Below, one piece after another: positions 1 to 11,769 of a stretch of 64,000 nt of DNA (positions are counted from its first letter, which is position 1; each line of letters begins with the position of its first letter). Below the pieces are notes generated by a model. That model did no database searches, was not told where the DNA came from, and saw only the letters and a program-made list of their open reading frames with translations. The position numbers were made by a program, and so were the translations under genes. Where the stretch lies: contig MU058584.1 in assembly GCA_013265495.1 (NCBI GenBank), forward strand, positions 6,352,407 through 6,416,406. Direction: 5' to 3'. The DNA comes from Vicugna vicugna. Taxonomy: Eukaryota.

Positions 1-2
1 GA

Positions 3-110
3 TGTATCAGTCAGAGTACTTTGGTTGTAAGCAACTGAAACTGACCCAACTAAGAAGGAATTTTTTTGCAAAACTTCAAAGGATTATAGAATTGAAAGGA
101 AAGCTTAATC
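3..110. mobile_element. Old MaLR/ERVL-type LTR fragment (MLT1/LTR33-like end)
   Basis: tgtatcagtcagagtactttggttgtaagcaactgaaac resembles the terminus of old mammalian MLT/ERVL LTRs. Confidence 0.4.
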
Positions 111-149
111 ATTTCTGTACTAAGATAATAGCTTCTCAGCTTATCTCCC

Positions 150-900
150 TGCACTCTTATGCCGAAGGGTGACAGAACCCTTTGCCATGGCTTTGTGCTG
201 AGGGTTTTCCTACAAGGGACCATGAGTCATTCTAGTGACCCATGAGCAATGGAAATCACTTGGTGTATAAACTCCCCTCTAGAGCTTGCTCATATTGGGA
301 AATGAATGGGAGTGAGAAAGTAATTTGAGAGGCTCTGCTTACTACAACAAATGCTCAAGTTGACTGGGGTGCAATCAAGACCACTTACTACCCACAAGGA
401 GACAATCAGAGAGGTTTAAACCAACTGTTCAATACATGGGGGACCCACAAGACTGGATAAGAAGCAATAAAGACAATAGGTAGAATTTTTTTCCCTCTGT
501 CAGTGATGTCCCTTGGATAATGATAGAGTCTTTGTCGTTTGTTTTTAATGTTTGAACAGAAACCAACTTATCAGCTCTCTAACCCCAAGTACAAAATGTA
601 GGAGGATCTGTCAAGATAGAAGTCAACAGCAATTCCCTAACAAAACTTAATGGAAGCTGCTTTTGAGTCTTTAGGGACCAGGGAAAGAAAGTTGAACAGA
701 GAAGGGAAATGACAGGCTAGATGTAAGGTAAACTGCCCATTCACCAAAGGTCTTAACTCCAGTGCAATAGCCATTGAAAAGGACAATATGCTTAGGAAAT
801 ATCTAAAGGTGTGTAGAGAGTCAGACAAATTGGAGGAGTCATCTTTAATTGGAGAAGGGACTCTCAATACAAGTGAGAAATTTGGGGAACCGAAGTTGAC
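150..900 (+). mobile_element. Decayed Gypsy/Ty3 LTR-retrotransposon integrase (MamGyp-int-like fossil)
   Basis: Manual translation across frameshifts gives VTEPF (169), AEGFPTRDH (197-223), FERLCLLQQMLKLTGVQSR (324-380), TTYYPQGDNQ (380-409), ERF (409-417) and FLMFEQKP (542-565). These are collinear with Gypsy integrase motifs VTDHF..AQAFPTxDQ..FESxLxxxLxxLxGVxKSRTTPYHPQG..ERFN..LMFGRxP. Confidence 0.75.
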
Positions 901-1789
901 CCCCAAAGATGTAAGATATGTCATTGATACCCACGCTCACTTATATATCTTTAAAGAGCTCGTGACATTTCCTTTAAGGCATCCCTTTGCCAGTGGCAGT
1001 TAGCTCCCTGGGATACCCAGCTCTGGACAGATACTTTGGTTTCTGAGGTAGGTTAATGATCATCTTCTATGCTTCTTAAAAAAAGACCCTGAGGAGAGGG
1101 TCCTCATTTTTATAGAAGTTCAGATATTTTATGGATGACTAAGGGAGTCAGCAGAAAGCCTACCGACCTCTTTCAGGTGCAATTCAACCACGGTGTTTCT
1201 GAGGTCTGGGCTCTACCTGGTGGGCCATCAATTCTTCATGGAAGAAAAATATCTAAAAGGAGATGGCTTTGTTTAGTTTTGTTACACTGAGGTCCTCAAG
1301 TGGTAGGAAGGGACTTAAAGAAGAGACTGAGGGAAGGAAAAGAGAAAAAAATTCATCAAGGGAGTCAGATGCCTGCAGCTCATCATGAAATGAGTATCAT
1401 GGGTGACGGGCACTCCTGTTAAAGCTTGGGTCCAAATCAACTCTGTAATATCAGCTTATAGATATTCTGTAATTCTGTAGAAACGACAAGAACTAGAGGA
1501 ATGGTGGCCTGACCTTTTTGGCAGGAGCCAGGGCAGGGGTGGTGGTGGTGGTTCATTTTTCCTAGCAGCTCTTTAACCAGTTTCCCTTTTCTATCGAATC
1601 TGTTGCAGAGCATGAGGTTGGGAAGGGAGAATCACTTGCTCTATTTGAGACTCATTACTGTAGTGAGCCTCTGTGTTTGAGGGATGATATCAAATATGGC
1701 ATATACACTGGAGAGAAAAAAAAAGGGGTTTTGAGTCAATAGGGACTATTCAAACCCTCCGAGCACCTGCTATACTGCTTTCAAATATC

Positions 1790-3112
1790 ACCTGTCTCAA
1801 GATTTGCATAGGTGGAATAATGGGACAATATTTACCTTTCCCTGTGGAACAACCAGAGTAACCAGACAAAGTATATAAAACAAGGATTTTCAATACACTG
1901 GTTATTAGGCAACAGAGGGCAATGATCCCTGAGAAACAGAAAGTGGACAAAGTAAGCCCTATTATTATCTCTAATTTATGCCTTGTGAGAGTTTCCTGGC
2001 CATAGCACGTGGAGAGGGAGTCCAGGTAGGGGCTAGGAGACTCCTTGAGTTGAGGAAATAGAGCTGAGAGTCCAGGGAGACCAAGGCAGCTGGTGGTCAC
2101 AAGACAGTGAACCAGAGAGCACAGAGTTGCACAGAGAAAGAACAGAGTTGTCCAGAGACTTTCAAAGTGTCCCCCTTTGATACTCAGCAGAGTACTGATC
2201 AGTGCATGCATATAAAGGAACCATTTGAGCCAAGGAAAGAACTGCATGAAGAGTTTAGTGGTAATAGTACCGTCAATCACATTGGGCCAGAAAGAGTGTC
2301 TGTTCTCATCACCTTTAGAAAGCTTCATATAATTCACAGTGAATTGGGAACAGTATCCAGAAGGGTCTTGTCACAGTAGTGGGGAATAATTAGTCTTACA
2401 TCAAGTACTCTGGTCCTGTAGAGCAAGCATTAAAGTGGTTCCCCACAAGATCAAACTGTTTCTAAGTAACTGCATTGCAGAAGAAAGCACAAGATCTATA
2501 GGAATACAAAAACAGCCAGTACCTCCAAATGTAAAATTTAAAATGTCTGGCACCCAATCAAAAATTACCGGGCATGCAAAGAAGCAGGAAAGCACAAACC
2601 ATAATGAGGCGAGAAGGCAATCTATTGAAACTGACACAGAACTGACACAGATGTTTGAATTAGCCAACAAGGATATAAAAATGGTTATTGTAACTGTATT
2701 CCATATGTTCAAAAGTTATGTAGAAACATAAAAGAAATTTTCAAAAAACAAATCAAACTTCTAGTGATGAAAACAAAAAAGTCTGAGATGAAAAAATACA
2801 CTGGATGGGATGAACAGCAGATAGGATCTTGCAGAAGGAAAGATATGTGAACTCAAAAATAAAGCAATAGAAGCTGTCCAAGATAAAGCACACAGAGGAA
2901 AAAAAAAGAATTAAAAAAATAAGTAAAATGGCACTGGTGAGCTGTGGGGCAACTTTAATCAACCTAACATAGGTGTATCTAAAAGACATGTGGAGAGACA
3001 GAAAAAGTACTTAAAGGGGAAATGGCCACTTTAAAAACATTGATGGAAACTACAAACTCAAAGATCTAAAAAGCTCAATTAATTCCAAGCAGAAGAAATA
3101 GGAAGAAAACTA
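1790..3112 (+). mobile_element. Old L1 (L1MC/L1MD-like) 5' UTR and degraded ORF1 start
   Basis: gagctgagagtccagggagaccaaggcagct and caatcaaaaattaccgggcatgcaaagaagcaggaaa motifs, followed by A-rich ORF1-like sequence. Confidence 0.75.
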
Positions 3113-3114
3113 TG

Positions 3115-3270
3115 CCTATCAAGTCCAGTCATAATCTTCACGGAAAGATTTTAACTAAAATTCAACTCCTTTGTTAGATTTAAGGCTATTCACATTATTT
3201 CTTTTTGAGTGAGCTTAGCCCATTTGTGCCTTTCAAAGAACTGGTCCATTTCCTTTAAGTTGTTGACTTG
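3115..3270 (-). mobile_element. Inverted L1 ORF2 segment
   Basis: Reverse complement reads caacttaaaggaaatggaccagttctttgaaaggcaca...aagctcactcaaaaagaaata, the ORF2 stretch that normally lies immediately upstream of the forward sequence at about 3270. Confidence 0.75.
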
Positions 3271-5490
3271 GTGAATTATATCAAATATTAAAGGAAGAAA
3301 TAATACCAATTCTACACAGACTCTTTCACAAAACTGAAGAGAATACTTCACAAATTATTATTTGGTTCCAGTACTACTTAAACACCAAACCAGAAAAAAG
3401 ACATTAGAAGCAAAGGGAGTGATAGATGAATATCATTTATGAACAAAGATGCAAAAATTCTAAACAATATTTTATCCAAGCAAATGAAACTAAACCAAAA
3501 AAAGGATAATATATCATTAACAAGTGGAGTTTGTTCCATGAATACAAGGTGGGTTTAACATATAAAATCAATTAATGCAATTTACCATATTAAACTATAA
3601 AAAGAAAAACTACATGACAATCTCATTACATGCAGGAAAAGCACTTGACAAAATCAATATCTATTCTTGGTCAAAACTCTCAGTAAGCTAATAATAGGAG
3701 GGAAATTTTTCAAAATGATGGTCATCTCTGAAAGACCTATGGCTAACATCATCTTTTATGGTAAAAGTCTAAGTGTCTTCTCCCTAAGTTCAAGAATAAG
3801 ACAAAAATGCTTCCTCTACCACTCCTGTTCATCATTAAACTAGAGGTTCTAGCCAGTAAAATGTGGTAAGAATGATAAATAAAAGGCATCCAGATTGGAA
3901 AGGAAGAAATAAAACTATATTCACAGATAACATATTCTCCATGTGGACAAACCAATGGAATCTATGAAAAAGCTACTAGAATGAATAGCTGAGTTTAGCA
4001 AGCTTACAGGATACAAGATCAACAAACACAAATCAAGTTGATTTGTATGTGCTAGAAACAAAAGATCAGAAATTAAAATTTTTGAAATAAATAATTCATA
4101 ATTGCATAAGAAAGTGTGAACAACTTAGGGACAAAACTGACAAAAAACTTACAAAATCTGTATGCTAAAAACTGCAAAACATTGCTGGGAGAAATGAAAG
4201 AAAATCTAAGTAAATGCAGTGGTATATTGTGTTTGGAGGTAGAGATATTCAATAGTTAAGATGTCAGCTCTCCCCAAATTGATCTATAGACTCGGCAGAT
4301 TCAGAATCCCAGAAGACTTCTGTTTTAAAGAAATTGGCAAGTTTGTTGTAAAATTCACATGAAATTCAAAGAACATAAAATAACCAAGACACCTTTGGAA
4401 GAAAAAGAAAAAATTGATAAATTGTACTTCATTAGAATTAAATACTTCTACTCTTTGAAAGACACTGTTAAGAAGAAGAGAAGGCAAGCCACAGACTAGG
4501 AGAAAATATTTGCAAATCATAAATCTCATAAAGAACTTGTATTGAGAATTTATAAAGTACATTTAAGTTCAGTAATCAGAAAACAAACAACCCAATTTAA
4601 AAAATGAGCAAAAGATTTGAACAGGCACTTCACCAAAATATGCATATGGCAAATAGGCACATGAAAAGATAGTCAATATCACTAGTCATTAGGGAAATGC
4701 AAAGTAACATCATATTACTACACATCTGTTAGAATGGCTGAAACTAAAAAGAATGATCATACCAAGAATTGATGAGGTGGTGGAGCAACTGAAACTACTG
4801 GTGGATATGCAAATGTGGAACCACTTTAGAAGACAGTTTGGCAGCTTGTTAAAAAAGTTAGACATACACCTACCATTATCCTGCCCTTCTACTCCTTGGC
4901 AGAAATGAAAACATATAGAGACTTTTATACAAATATTCATAGCTTTATTTGTAATAGTCAAAACTAGGAAACAACCCAAATACCCAACAGGTGACTCAAC
5001 AAACAATGTGTGTTACAGCCATACAATGGAATATTACTGAGAAATAAAAAGAAATGGACTCCTAGTGTAACAGCTCTTTTAGAATTTGTCTAGCAGGCTT
5101 TCCGGTCCGCACCGGAAAGCCCCCGCGAAAAAAAAAAAAAAGAAATGGACTCTTGATAAATGCAACAGCAAGATCAAACATCAACGTACCATGCTGAAAG
5201 GAGCCGAACAATAAGAACAGTATGTTCTGCGCAATTACATTTATATACGACCCCAGAAAATCCAAACCAATTTAAAGTAATAGAACAAAGCCACTGGGTT
5301 GCCACGGAAAAGAAGGGAGGAAGGAGGAGAGATTGCCGAGGGGCAAGAGGATATTTTTGTGGGTGATGGATATGCTTGATTAAACTTTCCAATGATTTCA
5401 TGTGTCTATCCCTATGCCAAAACCTGTCAAGTCATACACTTTAAATACATGCAGTTTATTGTGTCAATTTTTCTCAATAAAGTCTTTTTA
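3270..5490 (+). mobile_element. Old L1 ORF2 remnant (RT region, internal deletion) plus 3' UTR
   Basis: Typical ORF2 DNA (gcaggaaaagcacttgacaaaatc; ctagaggttctagccagt; atacaatggaatattact) ending in a 3' UTR with ctcaataaagtc and an A tract; many stops and frameshifts. Confidence 0.9.
5064..5140 (+). pseudogene. RNU7: U7 snRNA retrocopy (processed pseudogene) with poly(A) tail and TSD
   Basis: agtgtaacagctcttttagAATTTGTCTAGcaggctttccggtccgcaccggaaagcccc shows the U7 HDE-pairing 5' end, the U7-type Sm site (5083-5093) and a perfect 11-bp stem (5096-5106/5111-5121). A-tail from 5128; TSD aaaaagaaatggactc at 5046-5061 and 5137-5152. Confidence 0.95.
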
Positions 5491-5909
5491 AAAAACATTG
5501 TCTATCTCTTTCAATTTTACCTGCCTTTTTTACTGCCCCAATTGATTCTTAATTAAACATTTGCTTTCTGTTCTCTAATTTCTCTTAGAAAGTCTCAGAG
5601 ACTTACCTTTTGTTTGAAATTCTAAAAAAGGAATGACCCCAGCTCACAAAAGCCTGAGGGATGTCAGTGTCAGTGCCACTTAGTTGTTGATAAAGATAGT
5701 CTAGCTTTTATGTTTCATATAGTTTTTATATCAAGCTATAAATCAATCACTATAGAAATTATGGTGGGAGTATATCTCTCTAGACGCATGAGAGTCATCA
5801 AATTACACCAGCTATGTACCTGGAAGACAAGAAGCTTTCTACAAATTATTTTAATTCACTAATTTATTCTTTCAAACAAGGGATAACTATTGTGTTCTCA
5901 CTACATTCT

Positions 5910-6025
5910 AGTGAGAACTATCCTCAATGTTTAGTCCCTAGTAAAACTTCTTTCATATAGGTATTTATTATCATGAATTTACAGGTCAGCAAAGTGAGGA
6001 TCAGAGTGGTTAAATACTTGCCCAA
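5910..6025 (-). mobile_element. MIR SINE fragment
   Basis: tttacaggtcagcaaagtgaggatcagagtggttaaatacttgccca resembles the MIR core. Confidence 0.6.
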
Positions 6026-6193
6026 TTTAATTTATTTGGACACAAAAAAGTCTTAGAGAAGTAATTTAGAAAAGTAATTTTTTTTCTATACAAACAAGAA
6101 AATTTTAAAAAGTTATTTATCTTGGTCATCTATGGGTCCTTCTCTGGTTCACTGACTAAAAAAAGAAGAGCATTTGTCAATTGCATATTCAGA

Positions 6194-6242
6194 CACAGAC
6201 ACACACACAAACACACACACACACACACACACATACACACAC
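6194..6242. repeat. (CA)n microsatellite, imperfect
   Basis: Seen directly. Confidence 0.95.
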
Positions 6243-7399
6243 GAGTTCTTGGAAGGTCTTTGCAATATGCTTTTGAGCTCTGTCATTTCATCCCCAGGCC
6301 TGTTTTCATTCATTTCAGTCTCTGTAGTGTCAAGGTTGTTCTAGCTTCAAACCCACCCCTGTGAGGTGAGGAGCCCAAAGACACAGAGGGGATTAGTGAG
6401 CAAATGTCAATAATGTACTTCAAAGGAACTGGGATAATATAAATTGAAAGTTGTTATTCTTCCTGTAATAGAAGCATTGGTTGAAATGTTGAATTTCCTT
6501 CAATGAAAAGTTTTAATACCTTTCACTGGTAAAATGGGTCACTGCCAAAGAAATCTAAATAACTAGTTGTTTGGTGTATGGTAAGAATTTCTACAATAAC
6601 ACCTGAACAGCAGGGGATGCAGGTATTTTTCAAAGTAAAATAGAACTGGAAGCAAAGAGGTCATGCACCTTGCAGTAAGGTGAGCCATCATTTATGCCCC
6701 ATGGGCTGTTCAAAGGGGCAGAGCAGATGTAAAAAAAAAAGGGAAGCTGGAATGGAGCCATATAACACATGCCTTTGTTTCATTCATGGAGCAGACGGAA
6801 CACAGAGCAGATGGTCCCCTACTTTGATGAATGATTGGAAGGGAAGCCCATGGATGTGATAGAGCACAGGAGAGCACAAAGTGCTTTTAGGGACCATGTG
6901 TCGAGGAGAACTCCAGATGGAGTGACTAGCTCCCTCTCCTCACCCTCAGATCAAAATCCATTAAGAAATGGCAACTGGAGAGGATGGTGAGTAGAGAGAC
7001 AAACAGGATCAAATGGTGCATAGCATGGGAATGAATGTCCTCTTCTTCATCAAGCTTCCGTTGTTTTCTTTTCAGAGTCTTTGCTCTCATCCTTTCTTCT
7101 CTCTGCAAACCCCTGCTCCTCCTGCACAGTCTGAACTTTCTGAACTTACCTGTCCTTCAGGACTCTGATCAAATTCCACAGCTCTCTAGTTTTCCCAGCC
7201 CAGAGTGATTGTTCCTTCTTAAATCTGTATCAGCCATTGTGGTTTTAGTTAATAATAAATGCAGTATTTCATATTCTTTTTATAGATAAAGAAACCTCTG
7301 GCTGTAGGTAACGAGGTCTAAGACAATTTTTAAATCCATTAAACTATTCCTTCTTAGCACAGTGCCAAGAATGCAGTCTGACAATTACCTCCACTTAGC

Positions 7400-7680
7400 T
7401 TCACTCAGCAAGCACATTCTCTCCGCATGTCTGCTAGCAACCCAGGTAAATGTGCTCCCATCTTGGAGACCTCAGAGAACAGATTAGTTGCAGGGAAAGA
7501 TGATGACTGACCTTTCTTAGATCATGTGCCCAGTCTTGACCCAATCACTGTAACCAATGGATGTAGATCTGAGACACCCACCTTTCCACCCTGCGGCCAG
7601 GGGAGTAAGACTGTAACAAGAGAAGAGGGAAAGAAAGCTTATTGTTCCAACAAGATAATAACTTTCACAGTCCAGTACAA
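7400..7680. mobile_element. Old MaLR/ERVL LTR fragment (MLT1-like)
   Basis: ttagatcatgtgcccagtcttgacccaatcactgtaacc motif typical of old MLT1 LTRs. Confidence 0.5.
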
Positions 7681-8846
7681 ACGTGGCATGTGTTGCTGAA
7701 TGATGATAGGAGAGACCAAATAGCGAGGGAATTGTGAAATTGTTGAAAGGAAGGAAGCATTTTTACTTACATGTCTTTATCAAAATACCTTCTTTTGAGC
7801 CAGGCTGGGGACACTGCATTATTTGTTTCCAGGATTCCACTACATTTTGAGGGCTATCAAATTTCCCAAGATTCTGTGAGGCAAGTGAGTCTCTAGGTTA
7901 TCTTGAAACCCCTAGAATTCAAGCCTATTAAGGAAGAAGATGGGGCAATTCTGTTAGTCATGCCTGACAACAGAAAGAAATCTATTTTATTACCTGGAAG
8001 CTGCCGGAAGTCCCATAGAACTGACACAGGTCACATGAAGAGCACTAAGGAAAGAAATATCATCCCATTTGAATTATTGTACCAATTTCATGTCTGCTGA
8101 AGAAAGTGTAAAAATAGATCCAAGGCAGTCTTACTTTCCTTTGTTCTCATTCCTTGAAGGTTTTTTTTGTTTGTTTTGTTTCGTTTTGCCACCATTACAT
8201 TAAAAGATGGTAAAAAGTCTAGAGAAAGTATAAATTGTTTCAAAAATATTAAGATAGTTCAACTGTAAAGTTTATTTTTGCAAAGATAAAAGCCAAGCCA
8301 AGCTGACTGAAGATTATTGTGGGGAACACTAAAACATTTATGGTGCATGACTGTAATTTGTATCAGAAAAGTGAGTATCTGACCATGTTAGTTTCTAAGC
8401 ATGTGCAAACGTCACTGAAGAAATAATTAAGAAAAAATTCTGTTTTGCATTCCACTGGAGATTTACTTTCTGCTTTGGAGAAGTACCCTAGCTATAGAGT
8501 ACAGGCCCTCCATTGTCTGTTACTCGGCTTCTTGGCTAGAAACCTCTAGCTCAGACTAAATCCATCTTTAACCATGCTATAAGCACAGACCCAACCTGGG
8601 CCACCACTTCTACACGTGTGCCAGACCCTGGGGTTTCTCACTGACCCCTCCTCACACTGCAGCTGCTTCCTCTGGAGCAAGCCGAGCTGAACCAACCCAG
8701 GCCAAGGGCTGTCTGCACAGAAAACTCTGTACGCCCCCTCACTGGTGAGGTTCTTGCGCCTAAATGCTGTTACCCAGGTCCCCCACCCCACTTCCCTCCT
8801 TCCTGTCGGAAGTCCTCATGAACCAGCTGCCCCAAGAAGTTGTAGT

Positions 8847-9019
8847 TTTATTTATTTAAAAAATTTTTTTAAATTAAATTAATTAATTTATTTTTAACCA
8901 GTCTTTTTTTTTGGTGGGGGGGGTGGTAATTAGGTTTTTATTTAACTTATTTATTTTAATGGAGATACTAGGGATCGAACCCAGGACCTTGTCGCTCTAC
9001 ACTGAGCTATACCCTCCCC
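8847..9019 (-). mobile_element. Camelid tRNA-Ala-derived SINE (Vic-1-like), internally deleted
   Basis: Reverse complement ggggagggtatagctcagtgtagagcgacaaggtcctgggttcgatccctagtatctccatt...aaacctaattaccaccc plus A-rich tail; homologous to the copy at 49682. Confidence 0.85.
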
Positions 9020-9879
9020 TATCCCTGAAGTTATGATTGTAAACTGCTCCCCTCCTTGCCGGGAGACATATCTGTGCCTAAATAATGGCCATGACATTTT
9101 TTTTTTAGTGCAAAACTAAACAAAACAAAAACAAAAGCAAAAAACAAAAAACAAACAAGCAAAAAAACTCACTTAGCTGGGATACTTGGCTAGCTTTTAC
9201 ACACATGTCTAAAGCAAAAGAAGAGAAAGACAATCTGTTATGGACTCAGTGGGTCTCCTAGGAACAGATTACTCTGGCTTTCAGCATTCCCCCTTTGAGG
9301 TCTCCTTCCATAAGCTTATCTTTCTGATCCTCTACATTCTCACAGTGACCCACAGTTTGCCAAAGTTTCATTCAGAATTTTCAACGTCGTTAATCTAAAG
9401 AAGTTTAATGTCTACCCACCACCTGTGTCTTTTTCCTTTGGATCTGTGCATCATGAGGCAGGTGTAGTGTTAAATAACTATCCCATTTATCAAACAATGA
9501 TCCATCCTTGGGATTCTCTGCTGTTCTAAATCACAGTCTACAATGGGCCACGTGTAAATGGCCGCATTGCTCTTCATCAGTCAAGATTAATGAAAGGAAT
9601 GTGTCATTTAAGAAAAGTATTCATGCCTAACAGCTCCAAAACTCAGAGGTCATGGCTGAATACTAATTTTAGAAAGATTAAAAAGGGTTATAATCCTTAG
9701 GTTTTGATTTTTTTTTAATCTCCAAATTCCGTGGAGTATACTCCAAATTATTAAAAATCCCTTTTAAGGAAGCCAAACTCACAGGAGCTATTTCTGTACT
9801 TCTTTCTCATCTCTTCACTGAAAAAAAATTTATTTTTCCCATAACGTGAGCAGAAGTCCCTCTGGAGTACTTCCCCCTT

Positions 9880-10870
9880 CCTTTATTGACATATACATGA
9901 ATCATCATCGTACTACTGAATGGATATTCTCAAAGTAAACACCCTCATGTAATAGGGAGCTAGATCGAAAATGAGAAATGGCCACAACCCCGAGGAGCCC
10001 CCTTGTGCTGCTTCCCAGTTCCTATACCTCCACCACAGGTAACAGTGCTCTGACTTCTGACATCTTGCCTATTTCTGCTCTGTTTTTGAAATTTATACCC
10101 CTGTCCAATATATACTCTTGCTTCTTTCACTCAGCACAATGTTAGACTCACCCATGTTGATGCACGTAACTACAGTCCGATTGTTGTCACTGCTATTTAG
10201 TACTTCATTTTACAGCTAGAACACAATTTATTTATCCATTCTGTTATTAGTGGACATTTGGCTTATTTTCAGTTTGGCCTTGAATAATTTTACTATAAAC
10301 ATTTTGGTACATGTCTTTTGATCATCAAATGTATGTATTTCTATTGGTATATACCTAAGCATGGAATCGCCAGGTCATCAGATATACATATGTTTATCTT
10401 TAATATATAGTATCAAACATCAAACATGCACACCGGATATACGTATGTTCATGTTTAATATATAGTATCAGATATTTTTATGACTTTGCTATACAAACTT
10501 ACACTCCCACCAGCACTGTTCCATTTGCTTAACTTCTTTGCCAATACATTCTGGTGGCTGAGTAGTAGGCTCACAGTGAGATTTTAATTTAGATTTCCTT
10601 GAAGACCTATTGATTTTGAGTACATTTTGATACATTTATTACCACTTGAATCTCCTTCTTTTTGTTGTTTTGTTTTCAATATTCTTGTTCAAGCCGTTTG
10701 TCCTTTTTAAGTTAGCTTGTCTTTTTCTTATGATTTGTAGGTATTCTTTATATATTCTGGGTATGAGTCTTCTGACAGGTACATTTATTGCAAATATGGA
10801 TTCCCACTCTATGTCTTGTCTTTTCACTCTTATAATGATAACTCTTGATGGGAAGAATTCTTAATTATAA
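9880..10870 (-). mobile_element. Old L1 3' end (L1MC/L1ME-like)
   Basis: Antisense L1 3' UTR and ORF2 end (tttatccattctgttattagtggacatttgg; ttacactcccaccagca); ORF 10639-10827 is ORF2-like (WESIFA..LIPRIYKE). Confidence 0.85.
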
Positions 10871-11769
10871 CCATCATCATTGGCTCTTGATACTTTTATA
10901 AGCTCTAGGTCTTACTTATGATGGTCAAAATCATAATGAAAGATGTGTGGAATATGTTTAAAACCATATCTGAGCCTTTAAATCCAAAGGCTTCCTGAAG
11001 TACACAAAATGACAGAAATCGCTCACGCCATAAGTCTTTCTCAGACCTGAAAGCAGCTCAGGCTCTCACAAAGGGCAAAGTGAGTTGAAGGTCAGAGATT
11101 TGCATCTCAAAGCACTGCAGTCACATAATGTAACCTCAAGTCCAGCCAATGCATGTCTCCACTAAGAATTCACAAACAGTATGGAAAGCCTCCAATTTTG
11201 ACACAATCAAATTTCTTGGGCAGACAAAAGAAGGAATGAGATCATATCCATCCATACATACTTAGAGGCAAAAGCATTAAAATTGAAGTTCTAAATCAAG
11301 GAGAACCTCTCTACTTTCTCTCAAGATCAGTGATGTTCCCAGAACCACCCTCATTCCACAATCCTGAATTTTAGTTATTTTGTTTCCATTGAATTCTCTG
11401 ATCAATCTTACATTCCATAACACTCCTTCAATCTCCATTTTTTTATCTAATTGGAATAGTTTTCTCTTTCCTCATCTAAACACAAGTAGCTAATATAAAT
11501 AAATATAATATAAATATATATGAATGCTAGAGATGAAAACATGACATATATAAGCAGTTTATTAGGGCAAGGATGGGACAAAATCATGGGTAATATTTTT
11601 CTGTTTTCTGAACATCTTATAATGCCCCCTGGAAAACCCTGGAAGATATTGCCACTCAGGTATCTGAAAGTTAGTCTACAGCAATGAGTCACAGTGACCT
11701 CTCTCAGTAAAGCTAAGTCCCTTTTGATATCCTAGAAAACCATAAAGAAAGATGGAAGTTAGTGAACAA

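Noticed and set aside
392..409. QGDNQ peptide resembling the Mononegavirales/bornavirus L polymerase motif C (possible endogenous viral element)
   Set aside because: The flanks (GVQSR-TTYYP..ERF, FPTRD, LMF) fit the Gypsy integrase TPYHPQG..ERFN context, and no other L-protein motifs are present
1750..2337. 195-aa minus-strand hydrophobic ORF
   Set aside because: Antisense to an L1 5' UTR; no recognisable protein family
5064..5124. Functional U7 snRNA gene
   Set aside because: Poly(A) tail, TSD and location inside L1, with no visible PSE/DSE promoter or 3' box, indicate a retrocopy
8530..9096. Possible LTR surrounding the SINE
   Set aside because: Ends in ...gaca and is GC-richer, but I could not assign a family, a left end or a TSD
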